A stretch of DNA of 63,635 bases, filler included, from Octopus bimaculoides (taxonomy: Eukaryota): NCBI RefSeq assembly GCF_001194135.2. It is 4 parts of 4 records of this genome, joined end to end, with 100 filler letters (N's around TTAATTAATTAA, not from the genome) between each part and the next. Parts side by side here need not be neighbours in the genome. Positions count along the whole stretch, not along the records: positions 44,454 to 60,809 come from NC_068983.1; 3 more parts are not named here. One strand, written 5' to 3'. The notes beneath the pieces were generated by a model. That model made no database searches. It was not told the DNA's origin and was given only the letters and a program-made list of their open reading frames with translations. This document shows positions 47,843 through 60,464 of the stretch, piece by piece; within the stretch, counting starts at the first letter, position 1, and the number at the start of each line of letters is the position of its first letter. The position numbers were made by a program, and so were the translations under genes.

Positions 47843-48385
47843 CAGGGTAATTCAAAATGAATGGTAGAAAAAGAAAACATACATGTGAGTGTTGTAATGA
47901 ATATACTGCAAAAATACAGAGGTAACCTGAAAGGTTAATTCTTCAAGTTTCTACTGATAGTCACAGATGTTCAATGTGGGCGGTCTTTGCCATACGGCAG
48001 ACGTCTACTACACGACAGTCTAGTTCTTGCCACATCCATGCCAACATAGCCTTATCAATTGAGTCGATCGCGTAGCCTATCCGCAGCTTTAACTCATGCA
48101 AGTCCTATGGAAGTGAACGTATGAACACCTCCTCTTTCCGACACCCCTAAAGGAAACAGTCACAAGGCGTTAGGTCGGAGGACGTTGGGGGTGGGGTAGA
48201 CCACCAGTGAGTGACAAATCATTCTATCTCAGCACGGCCAATCCAGCGTTCTGGAAGATGCTGACTGAGGTAATCGCGCGCGTGTCTATAGCCAACGTGG
48301 CTGGGCTCTGTCTTGTTGCATAATAAAGTTGAGTACGTCTTCTTCTAAACGGGGGCAACAGCCAAATGGACAACATCGTACCATT
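47843..48385 (-). pseudogene. Tc1/mariner-superfamily transposase C-terminal remnant with terminal end
   Basis: Minus strand RDYLSQHLPERWIGR...SSDLTPCDCFL*G..KEEVF...DLHELKLRI....DVCRMAKTAHIEHL*. The element end reads TA-CAGGGTAATTCAAAATG at 47841. Confidence 0.8.
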
Positions 48386-48700
48386 CATTTTTCGCGGTCG
48401 ATAAAATAAGTACCAGTTGCGTATTGGGGTCGATTTGCTGGCCTTGTGCCAAAATTTGAAATCAGTGTTTTCACTGAATGAAATAAGCATAAATAGATAA
48501 ATAAGCTTCACTCTAGTGATGATACACTCATTAACTTATATTGATTGCTAGGTAAGAACATTGTTATTAGCAAATAATGAATATATTTTAATAAACATCT
48601 TTGCGCAGCTGTCATTATTTAATGATCTCTTTTTTCCGAACTGCTAAGTTATGGACATATAAAAACACCAACACCGGTTGTCAAGTGGGGTGAGGGTGGG

Positions 48701-48747
<47 letters not shown>

Positions 48748-49157
48748 GCGCGTGCGATGGGCTTTTTGCAGTTTCCGTCAACCAAATCCACTAATGAAGC
48801 TTTGTGGTTGGCCCGAAGATATAGTAGAAGACACTTGTCCATGATACCACACAGATGTTTACCGTATTTCTTTTTCGCATTAATTAACCTGATTTCATCC
48901 ATTATATATATGTAGTGTATATCTAATTATAACATAGTTTATGCGTTGTTTTACGAACATTAGTATCGAAACGAAAACACTATGAAACCAGGCTTTCTTT
49001 TCTTTTTACTTGCTTTCTTTCATTTTTTTTTCTACTTCACTGCAAAACACAATTAAGCTGTTCATTTAACACCTTGCTGTTCTGTGTTGCAGAGAAAGTA
49101 GGCTAGTGTTGGTTGTAATGCTGCTGATTATTACAAATTTAGGTTACAGCTGAATTT

Positions 49158-49530
49158 CTCGTGGCACTCCGTCGGTTGCGACGACGAGGGTTCCAGTTGA
49201 TCCGATCAACGAAACAGTCTGCTCGTCAAATTAACGTGCAAGTGGCTGAGTACTCCACAGACACGTGTACCCTTAATGTAGTTTTCAGGGAGATTCAGCG
49301 TGACACAGAGTGTGACAAGGTTGGCCCTTTGAATTACAGGTATAACAGAAACATGAAGAAAGAGTGAAAGAAAGTTGTGGTGAAAGAGTACAGAAGGGTT
49401 TGCCATCATCCCCTGCCGGAGCCTCGTGGAGCTTTAGGTGTTTTCGCTCAATAAACACTCACAACGCCCGATCTGGGAATCGAAACCGCGATCCTACGAC
49501 CGCAAGTCTGCTGAGCCACTGCGTCTCCAC
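49158..49530 (-). mobile_element. tRNA-derived SINE family D with 12-bp TSD
   Basis: TSD ACAGCTGAATTT at 49146-49157 and 49531-49542. Homologous to 56360-56750. Confidence 0.9.
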
Positions 49531-50952
49531 ACAGCTGAATTTAGAGAATAGATGTAGAGAAAGTTGGGTAAGAGAATGAGATAAAAGAATTAGATGAAAG
49601 AAAATCTGTAAAATGTCTGAGAAAAGATTAAGTTATTTGGAAGTAAAGAAGAGGATGATATAACAATAGAAACATTGCCTGTCAGTTGATACAGTCATTC
49701 ACTTTGTTCTTACGTCTTGTCGTTTTTAACTCTTTGTTCTGTTTGTCGTTCATCAGTGGTAAGTGAAACACCTTGTTCAATAAACAGCATTCCTGTCATC
49801 CCCTTGTTCAATAACAAAACTCCTTTTATCTTTTTGGAATAAAATTTGAAGGAGTTTTGGGCAGGGTGAACGACTGCATGAAGAGATAAGAATAGCATAA
49901 TTGGAACAACAGATGTTTGGGTTGTGCCATTGTCGTTGGGTCGAGATCTGTGTCATCGATCCGCTCGGCTTGAGATGAAATGGAGATAGGCAATAACATT
50001 GACCACAGCTGCATAACAATTCCTTTTTTATTCGTCTCTATCTTCCATAATGTGTTAATGTTTTATTTCTTAATCTAAGACATAAGCATAAATTGTTCGT
50101 ATAGTTGCAGAAAAATAAGTGAAGTCAAGCGATTCCTGGGTCTCACAGAATTCTCTGAATGGTGAATAATTCTTCTTCTTCTTCGCCAAGAATTCACAAC
50201 GACCTCGAACCCACAACAGTTAACAAGAGAAACAGAGGCAGACAGAAACAAGGAAAATGCCCCTGGTATTTGAATACTATACTAATATGTTTTTAAAAAG
50301 ACTTTTCATTTAAATTTCGTCTTCTTCTTCTTCTCGAATCCACTGGATGGGGACGAAAGAATCGGTGAAAACAAAACTGTAATGTGAACGCCCATTTTCT
50401 TGAATCCAGGAAAGACTAATTCTTCCTCTAACTGAATGCCAGTTTATCACAGACACTCATCACGGCAACCGGCGTGCTAACGATTCAACCAGCTCACTGC
50501 CTTACGTAGTTATATAATAAACATTTCTTTATATAGTCGCTGCAATTCTCTTCTGTTCCATCCACACTATTTTAATTAAAAATATTTATCAATACTTCAG
50601 ATTTGTATTTCAACAGAGAATGCCACGAACGGCCATGTAAACGTTAAAGTGACAGGCGAAGAGCGGAAATGCCCGGAAGTTTTGTATATTCTTGTTTTCA
50701 CAGCTAAGACACGTATCTTTCAACAACTCTACACTTTCAAACCACCCAGTTGATAGCATAGCTCAGTGGTACTCAACCATTTTTTTGCCTGTGGATCCTT
50801 TTGGTTCCTATTTTATTCTACTGGATCCCTGTATTAAAAAAAAAGTCCTGTTATATTTTTATAATTGAATATTATTAGGAATTGTATAAAAAATTGTTAC
50901 AATAGTGTTATATTTTGGGATGGTAATTTTTCTTGCCAAATAAACACACACA

Positions 50953-50984
<32 letters not shown>

Positions 50985-51512
50985 NNNNNNNNNNNNNNNN
51001 NNNNNNNNNNNNNNNNNNNNNNNNNNNNNNNNNNNNNNNNNNNNNNNNNNNNNNNNNNNNNNNNNNNNNNNNNNNNNNNNNNNNNNNNNNNNNNNNNNNN
51101 NNNNNNNNNNNNNNNNNNNNNNNNNNNNNNNNNNNNNNNNNNNNNNNNNNNNNNNNNNNNNNNNNNNNNNNNNNNNNNNNNNNNNNNNNNNNNNNNNNNN
51201 NNNNNNNNNNNNNNNNNNNNNNNNNNNNNNNNNNNNNNNNNNNNNNNNNNNNNNNNNNNNNNNNNNNNNNNNNNNNNNNNNNNNNNNNNNNNNNNNNNNN
51301 NNNNNNNNNNNNNNNNNNNNNNNNNNNNNNNNNNNNNNNNNNNNNNNNNNNNNNNNNNNNNNNNAATTAAGTAGATGTGCATTTATCGACCCCTTGAATA
51401 GTCCCATCGACATCCAGGGGTTCGATATCGATCACTTTGGAGACCTCTGGCTTAGTCCATTCTCTGGACAAAAGATTTAAGACAAAGGACATGGAATAAA
51501 AACAGTAATAAT

Positions 51513-51725
51513 CTTTTCTACTCGAAGCACAAGGCCCGAAATTTTGGGGGAGTAGGCCGATCGATTAGATCGACCCCATTACGCAACTGGTACTTAATTT
51601 ATCGATTCTGAAAGGATGAAAGGCAAAGTCGACCTCGGCTGAATTTGAACTCAGACCGTAGCGGCAGACGAAATACCGCTAAGCGCGTAGCCCGGCGTGC
51701 TAACGTTTCTGGCAGCTCGCCGCCT
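51513..51725 (-). mobile_element. SINE family A with 16-bp TSD
   Basis: TSD TAAAAACAGTAATAAT at 51497-51512 and 51726-51741. Further family A copies or fragments at about 42740-42870, 43055-43145, 48385-48465, 50455-50490, 54565-54690 and 60225-60444. Confidence 0.9.
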
Positions 51726-52291
51726 TAAAAACAGTAATAATAAACAAGTGAAGAACGAATGTATCGTGCGTGTGTTTATTTCGCAAGAAAATGAAATGAC
51801 CATCCTGCAATATAGTAATATCTGTTTCAGCACACGATTTCACATCAGGAATCTTGCGAAACAAATTCATAAAAGTAAAATTGTTAAAAATATTTCGTGT
51901 GCTCATAAATTTTAACAACAAAATCTTATATGAACCTCCAAGGGCCATGTGGACCTCGGTTGAGAACCACTAATATAGAGTTAAATGAAATGTATCAACC
52001 AGTACAATCAGTACAGTAACATCGATGAGTGTTTAATCGGATTACAGCGTTCAGACGAAATCTCGGTAGCTTTATCCAGAATACGTGTTAGTTAGGGTCT
52101 CACTCTTTTTGCATAAACGTCTCAGTGTATCTTTAATCTTTAATCTTTTACTTATATTAGTCATGCGGCCATGTTGAGAAGTCTGTCTGTCTGTCTGTAG
52201 GGAGAATTCACAAAAAAAAAACAACAGATGAAGACAGGTGGTGTAGAAACCAAACAGATGTATTAGTATAACGCTCGGGAATTGAAAAAGT

Positions 52292-52327
52292 CTTTAACGT
52301 TTCGAGCCTACGCTCTTCCACAGAAAG
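52292..52327 (-). ncRNA. Minimal hammerhead-like motif with A6U core variant
   Basis: Minus strand CTTT-CTGTGGA-A-GAGC(GTAG)GCTC-GAAA-CG-TT-AAAG. All three helices are present. It lies in a repeat whose upstream part recurs at about 61330-61375. Confidence 0.55.
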
Positions 52328-52722
52328 GAACACAAAAAGAAACAAGGAGAGAAAAAAATGTACATACACACACNNNNNNNNNNNNNNNNNNNNNNNNNNN
52401 NNNNNNNNNNNNNNNNNNNNNNNNNNNNNNNNNNNNNNNNNNNNNNNNNNNNNNNNNNNNNNNNNNNNNNNNNNNNNNNNNNNNNNNNNNNNNNNNNNNN
52501 NNNNNNNNNNNNNNNNNNNNNNNNNNNNNNNNNNNNNNNNNNNNNNNNNNNNNNNNNNNNNNNNNNNNNNNNNNNNNNNNNNNNNNNNNNNNNNNNNNNN
52601 NNNNNNNNNNNNNNNNNNNNNNNNNNNNNNNNNNNNNNNNNNNNNNNNNNNNNNNNNNNNNNNNNNNNNNNNNNNNNNNNNNNNNNNNNNNNNNNNNNNN
52701 NNNNNNNNNNNNNNNNNNNNNN

Positions 52723-52753
<31 letters not shown>

Positions 52754-53478
52754 CATATATGTTAAGGATTTAAAGAATACAACAAAAGAATTGTAAAGAA
52801 TTTAACAAAACCACGGAAAATTCGTCATCAGTCAACGTCCAAGAGATCTTAGTAGTATATATGTTTGTGTCTGTGTTTGTCCCTCCCACCATCGCCTGAC
52901 AACCGATGCTGGTGTGTTTACGTCCCTGTAACTTGTTCGACTAAAGGCGGTGCTCCAGCGTAGTCGCAGTTAAATGACTGAAGCAAGTAAAAGAATAAAA
53001 AAATATATATGTATGTATGTGTGTGTCTACACACATACGTACACACACGTGCTTACGCATACACACGAACATACATATATCGGCAGGAGGAAAACAAGAC
53101 AGAGGTAGGTAGACAGATGTTAAATTAAGACTTCCTGACGAGTTATTTCCTGGTTATAAATACTATGGCAAATGTATAGGGTTGTATTGGAGGAAGACTG
53201 TTAAGTGTTTACATGTGGAGGTGGTGTTGGCGGGGAAAGTGTTTGTATTAGAGGCCAAGATATATATCTCGCTCAGCTCAACGTATATGAACTGGTTTAT
53301 AAAACATCTGTTTTTATCTGGTCAATTCACATCAGCTTTACGTCATGACGTGTTAAGCAAACCGGCACACTTTTACATGTGAGTGCGCGTGTCTCTTTGG
53401 GAGTTGTGTGCGTGCGTGTGTGTATGTATGTATGCGGAGAGAGGGGGGGGAGGGAGAAAGAGAGAGAGAGAGACAGAA

Positions 53479-53514
<36 letters not shown>

Positions 53515-53920
53515 TCATGTTTGTATGCATAAATGTATACGTATATGTATGCATGTATGTATGTCTCTCCTTCTATCTCTCTCTCTCACTCTGTGTGTAT
53601 ATANNNNNNNNNNNNNNNNNNNNNNNNNNNNNNNNNNNNNNNNNNNNNNNNNNNNNNNNNNNNNNNNNNNNNNNNNNNNNNNNNNNNNNNNNNNNNNNNN
53701 NNNNNNNNNNNNNNNNNNNNNNNNNNNNNNNNNNNNNNNNNNNNNNNNNNNNNNNNNNNNNNNNNNNNNNNNNNNNNNNNNNNNNNNNNNNNNNNNNNNN
53801 NNNNNNNNNNNNNNNNNNNNNNNNNNNNNNNNNNNNNNNNNNNNNNNNNNNNNNNNNNNNNNNNNNNNNNNNNNNNNAATTATATAACATACATGATTTT
53901 TGTCAGTGTATATGTATGTA

Positions 53921-54178
53921 TTGGGTTGGTGCATAATTATTGCGGCTTTTTTTCAACAAATTTTATTCAACAAAAACAATAACAATATTTAACAAAAACA
54001 TCTATAAATGACGGTCTGACCGTCTGCCAAGCAAATGGGAAGCAGTAATTGAAGTAGATGGTGAATATGCTCCGGAATAATCATTTAAAGATGTTTTTGT
54101 TACATATTGTTATAGCTTGTGTTGAATAAAAATTTGTTGAAAAAAAAAAAAAGCCGCAATAATTATGCACCAACCCAA
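53921..54178. mobile_element. mariner-derived palindromic MITE with a transposase C-terminal fragment
   Basis: TA at 53919-53920 and 54179-54180. Imperfect inverted arms of about 90 bp start TTGGGTTGGTGCATAATTATTGCGGC. The centre encodes DRLPSKWEAVIEVDGEYAPE*. Confidence 0.9.
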
Positions 54179-54993
54179 TACATACATATACACTGACAAA
54201 AATCATGTATGTTATATAATTCATTATATGTTATACATACGTAAACGACCTATAAATATATATGTTCATACATGCATAAGCGTATACACACCCATTCATA
54301 GCTATTTTCAAAAAAATTTACACTCCTGTACAAATACACCTCTACATTCACATTTGTTAATATAATCTGAATAACTTAATATATTACGTAATTACCAGTA
54401 CACATATATATTTGATACTAGCTTAAAAACCGCTCTCAGTGCGGACTTTTAAGCTAGCTCATGTAGAGGGCTAATTATGCCTGTGGCCCGAAACTAAAGA
54501 GAGGTAAATAACATGACTATAATACATCTATAATGACTATATGCTCCGGTGGTGTTTGGTCGAAGGTTAAGGACTCGGGTGAATTAATTCTGTAATGCAA
54601 TCATTCTATTGTTCCAGCCCCAAGTTGAATTCCAACTGTTGGCCAATTCGTCTCCAAATTCTTATCTCGACGTAAAATTAAAGAAGCAAATATCATTTAT
54701 CTCCCCCTTGATATCCGACGTCATCTAACAAGTGCCAACCAAGGTGGCGTGAATCAGCCAAGCTTTATCTACTAGAAATAACAACCAAAATGCTATGAAG
54801 TCAGATCCCAATGTTGGATGTTCAAGAAAACAAATGAAGGGCAGATTTTCAATCCTGGGATCATCCTGATTCCAAAAAGGTATATAGCGTCTGCGTAGAG
54901 TAAATGTAGATTGAAATACAGCAGTCCCAGGCGGACAGACAGAATTTTGGTTTTACAATTATAGATATGAAATATACAAGACATCTTGATATA

Positions 54994-55036
<43 letters not shown>

Positions 55037-55146
55037 NNNNNNNNNNNNNNNNNNNNNNNNNNNNNNNNNNNNNNNNNNNNNNNNNNNNNNNNNNNNNNNN
55101 NNNNNNNNNNNNNNNNNNNNNNNNNNNNNNNNNNNNTGTGTGTTTG

Positions 55147-55198
<52 letters not shown>

Positions 55199-56049
55199 CA
55201 AGCTTGGTCAAGCTATTCCTCATGGAAAGCGGTAGTTGCTGCAGCAATCATCGACAACCTGCGAACTTTAGTGCAGAAAGCACTGTGGCTGCGCAGAGGA
55301 TTCAGCAATAGGCAGGAATATGAAGTTCACTCAACAGGGACTCATGTGGATGTGAATGTAGGCGTAGTGTACCATATTACAGGGAGTAAGTGACCCCTAG
55401 TCCTTGTGAGGACTTCACACTAGGAAAAGGAAAACCTTGACATAAATCCTGCGACTCGTTGTCAGCCAATGATGTTGATAAGAGGTTCTCAAACTTTTGG
55501 GAACCACCTCTCCCCTCATGGCCACATAATACCCTCAGCGCCCCACCCCTATTTTTATGTATAAATAAATATTTTTTATTTTACTAATTTATATATGCCA
55601 TGAATCATTTGATATTTAATATAATATTATATAATTTGTATACAATGCTATACTAATATAATAGATTCATAGCGACCCCCAATTAAGCCTTCCTCCCAAT
55701 GCCTCTCCCTCACCTTAGGCACCAGCGCCCACCTGGACCATCTCAACGACCACCGGGGCTGGGTGGGAGTAGCGCTCACTTTGAGAACTTATAATGCTGA
55801 CTAATTCTTCGTTTGGGGGCTGTCATCGTTGTTCAGAGAGTCGGATTAGTTGTGTGCAAGGTCCTCCTCACTTTAAAACCACATAACGTACCGGCATCGT
55901 CACCTAATAATTGAGAACAAAGAAGCATTCATTATGTATGCATGTATGTATGTATGTATGTATGTATGAATGAATGTATTAATGTATGTATGTATGCGTG
56001 TATGTGTGTATGTATGTTATCTTTTGTTTTTGTCATTGCATTTACCATA

Positions 56050-56950
56050 GAAAAAATTAGGCATTAGGTCAAATGTAAGGTGTACAAAGCTATAGTACTT
56101 TCTTCTTTGTTGCATGGAGCTGAAATCTGGACATTCTATAAAGCTCAAGTAGACAAGTTACATGCAGATATGGATGAGACAGCTACAACGAATCATAAAT
56201 ATTATTCTCTTTGAGAAGATAAGGAATGGAAAGATCCTTACGGTGCGCTGGTTTACTTCCTATGATAGAAATACTCATTGATTGAAATTTACGTTGGTTG
56301 GGCCACGCACACAGGGCGGACAATTGCAGACTCGCAGACAAATCTTTTTACTCTCGAGTTGTTGTTGTTGTTGGCACTCCGTCGCTTACGACGTCGAGGG
56401 TTCCAGTTGATCCGATCAACGGAACAGCCTGCTCGTGAAATTAACATGCAAGTGGCTGAGCACTCCACAGACACGTGTACCCTTAACGTAGTTCTCGGGG
56501 AGATTCAGCGTGAGACAGTGTGACAAGGCTGACCCTTTGAATTACAGGCACAACAGAAACAGGAAGTAAGAGTGAGAGAAAGTTGTGGTGGAAGAGTACA
56601 GCAGGGTTCGTCACCATCCCCTGCCTGAGCTTCTTGGAGCTTTAGGTGTTTTCGCTCAATAAACACTCACAACGCCCGATCTAGGAATCAAGACCGCGAT
56701 CCTATGACCGCGAGTCCGCTGCCCTAACTACTAGGCCATTGCACCTCCACCTTAGTATACTCTCGAGTATACTAAGGGTAAAGAAACCAGGGAAGGCTTA
56801 GGCTGATATTTAAAGACACTGCAAAAAGGAACATGGATTGGAAAGGAATTGATCATAATAAATGACAAACTCAAGCGAAAACCCAACCAGTATGGAGAAA
56901 GCGTATCAATGCATGCCAAAGCCATGAACATAGTCGCAACCACTGACTGT
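56050..56950 (+). pseudogene. RTE-clade LINE 3' remnant interrupted by SINE D
   Basis: KCKVYKAIVLSSLLHGAEIWTFYKAQVDKLHA, NLRWLGHAHR, then after the SINE GKRNQGRLRLIFKDTAKRNM...WRKRI. Confidence 0.75.
56360..56750 (-). mobile_element. tRNA-derived SINE family D, full length, with 11-bp TSD
   Basis: Minus-strand head GTGGAGGTGCAATGGCCTAGTAG and (CAA)n tail. TACTCTCGAGT at 56349-56359 and 56758-56768. Confidence 0.9.
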
Positions 56951-57493
56951 AAATAATAATGTATGTATGTATGTATATATGTATGTATGTATGTATGTAT
57001 GTACACACACGCGCACGTCCTTTCTTGGTTATCCTGTACGGATACATTTCATATATCATTACAATTTTCACTGCTTCAGTAAAAACATCAAGCCGTCAGC
57101 GTCATGTCATCAAGATAACCGTCTGTTAATTTATATTAAAATCTACTTACACCGTAATTCCTATTACTAATGGCCAAACTATTCGGATTATGCAAATCTT
57201 ATGATGTCAGTAGCAACACTTTCTTTATTCTCTCTATTACTGTTCCCTTACAATGTCTTTCTTCTCATTTCTCTATTTTCCAGAAACCTCTAAAAATAAA
57301 TAAATAAGCAACAAAAATGCCTTTCATTTTCAAATTGTTATAGTTGCAGGCATGGCAGTGTGGTTAACAAGGTCGCTTTGCAACCAAATGGTTTCGAGTT
57401 GGGCAAGTGTCTTTTACTATAACCCCGAGCCGACCAATATCTTGTGCGTGAACTTCGTAGATAAAACCTGTGTAGGAGCCCTTCATGTGTGTT

Positions 57494-57602
<109 letters not shown>

Positions 57603-58239
57603 ATACGTCTCGGTGTTTGCACCCACCGTCACAACGCTTGACAACAAGTGCTGGTTTGTTTTCCGTAACTTAATGGTTCGGCAAAAGAGGCCTTTATAAT
57701 AATACCAGAGTTAAAAGATATATTAATTAAGTCGATTTGTTTGACTAAAACCGTTCAAGATGGTGTCCCAGCATAGCATAGTCCAATGACTGAAACGAGT
57801 AAAAGACAAACAATATGACTACTATAGTAACGTCATATCCTAATTATGAAGCTTTACAGATTCATGAAATTATTTGCAGTCGCTTCTAGTTATCAGACCG
57901 ATAGCTCAGCTTATTGGACACAAAAATTAAAAAGGAAGTGCCTTTGTGATGTAAACAGCAGATCACTGATACAAAAATTCAAGTGATAGACCATTCCGAC
58001 GGCAGTCCCTCTTCCTATCGACACGGCCCAGTTATTTCATTGATAAATTACATTTATCTTTCTTAGAGAATAATCATTCCTCTCGCACGGTCAATCTCTT
58101 ACTTACCTACCGACATACATACATGCATACATGCATACATACATACATACATGCATACATACATACATACATACATACGTACATACATGCATGCATACAT
58201 ACATACATACATACATGCATACATACATACATACATACA

Positions 58240-58300
<61 letters not shown>

Positions 58301-58872
58301 NNNNNNNNNNNNNNNNNNNNNNNNNNNNNNNNNNNNNNNNNNNNNNNNNNNNNNNNNNNNNNNNNNNNNNNNNNNNNNNNNNNNNNNNNNNNNNNNNNNN
58401 NNNNNNNNNNNNNNNNNNNNNNNNNNNNNNNNNNNNNNNNNNNNNNNNNNNNNNNNNNNNNNNNNNNNNNNNNNNNNNNNNNNNNNNNNNNNNNNNNNNN
58501 NNNNNNNNNNNNNNNNNNNNNNNNNNNNNNNNNNNNNNNNNNNNNNNNNNNNNNNNNNNNNNNNNNNNNNNNNNNNNNNNNNNNNNNNNNNNNNNNNNNN
58601 NNNNNNNNNNNNNNNNNNNNNNNNNNNNNNNNATACACAAACAATATATGAGTATATGCATATATATGTACATGTATGTATATACGTTCATCTACATGTA
58701 CATATAGATACATAACTGGGTACATGACGTGGTAAAAGAACAAGGACAAAATGGTAAACTAGGTGCAACAAACAAGCAGGCCACATAGAAACATCCCCTT
58801 CATCAGCTGCCACCATTAAAACTCCAGCGTTTCGAAGAATTAAGGCATATAACGATTAAGTTTTTAGTTGAA

Positions 58873-59698
58873 GTCGAGGGTCACCAGTTGTAACGATTGG
58901 AATTAATTAGTAAATAATAATATGAGATGGCGGAGTCGTAATCAGTTTGTAAGGATTGATTCTTCGTTGATTGTCATTATGTAAAGATGAAAGAACAGTG
59001 ATTGAAGTTGTGAAGAAAATATTTATTTACCGCTACATTGAATATACCTTACCTCGACGGGCAGGTGATAAAATCCTAGAGCATGCGAAGTAAAGTTAGA
59101 TGTGGTAGATTCTCCTTATATAGTTTTGTGCACACGTTTTCTTAGCAGTTATCCACAGATAGCAATAGAATGATGTTGTAAGAGAACAGAATTAGAGCTA
59201 GTGAAAGTTGTAGGGTCGTGGGTAGATGTCTCATAGTTGCTGACAGTAAATTTCATTTTCCCCTTTGAGCATTGTCTTTAGTGGCTGCCTTGCTTGTAAT
59301 CATGATTCTAGCGGTCCGCTCTCTAACTGATGGTAGCTGTCTCTGACTCGAGTTGTCATTCATTAACTAACTGATTGAGTTGTCACGAGCCGACTAACTG
59401 ATTTTTGCTTGGGGGTTCTTGCTTTTATAACTATCCAGAAGGATAGACATATCGTTGAGAACAATAGATTTAGTTGGTGGTCTTGTTATCTTAATTCTAG
59501 CTTTTGGGTGGTCTAGGAGAGGTTTGAAAGGTCAAGTGGTGAAGACATTATTTCGGCCTAGCTAAGCCAATCTGGCAAATTTAAAACTGCTGTCACAGAA
59601 ATACTATTGTTTTATCGTGAGAAAAGTTCTGTTGAACTGTTACTTGAAATTTGGTTATGGTGGATCGAATCCACTTCATGCCTGCAAGATCCACTACA
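58873..59698 (-). mobile_element. LTR retrotransposon 5' LTR (58889-59698) with tRNA-Trp-like primer-binding site; internal region absent
   Basis: The 810-bp segment has TGTA...TACA termini and TATATAA and AATAAA on the minus strand. It is followed after 2 nt by TGGTGACCCTCGAC, close to the tRNA-Trp PBS TGGTGACCCCGAC. Confidence 0.75.
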
Positions 59699-59848
59699 TA
59701 TATATATAATATACTAAATGCGAAAACTAATTTCTGTGTGTCAGTGTGACACACTTAAACCCCCTCTCTCACTATTCAATGACACTCCTACTATTACTCA
59801 TTATGGGGTGAGAGTAATAGTCAGCAGAGACAGTGAGGGCGGTGGCGA

Positions 59849-59893
<45 letters not shown>

Positions 59894-60464
59894 AGAGGAA
59901 GAGAAAGAGAAACAAAGAAATTTAGGGAGAGTTGATGATGTTTTATTAAAAGTAGTAGTGTTGATGGTGGCAGTACGAGTAATAATAAAAGATAGAGAAA
60001 GAGTGGGTATGTGAGAGAAAGAGGGAGATAATGTACTAAACTTTGTTTAACCATGTCTGTCGCCAACATACTGAACACTATCATTTTTGTTTTATTTTTT
60101 TGGTTTCTTTAATGCATACATACACACACATATAAAATACACTTTACTTGAAATAAAGTTTCCCCAAAATTAAACATATCTTATATAATAAATGTGAATG
60201 TCAGTGTCACACATTTTAAACTTTAATAAATCCGTTCTACCGGAAGCACAAGGCCTCAAATTTTGAGAGAAGGGATTAAGTCGATTACATCGACCCCAGT
60301 ATGTGACTGGTACTGATTTTATCGACCCCGAAAGCATGAAATGCAAAGTCGACCGCGGCGGAATTCGAACTCAAAACCTAACAGCAGACGTAACACTGCT
60401 AAGCAGTTCGTCCGGCGTGCTAACGATTCTGCCAGCTCGCAACCTTATAATATAATAATATAAT

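Noticed and set aside
49710-50019. ORFs possibly encoding a Helitron helicase C-terminus (CSR...RNAVY)
   Set aside because: Similarity is too weak to call by eye.
50626-50753. Possible exon after TTTCAACAG (NATNGHVNVKVTGEERKCPEV...)
   Set aside because: No convincing donor, no recognisable protein family and no partner exons.
55200-55470. Possible RTE 5' UTR with an HDV-like ribozyme
   Set aside because: Only a short RTE-like motif (CTAGGAAAAGGAAAACC) is visible, and I could not build the nested double pseudoknot.
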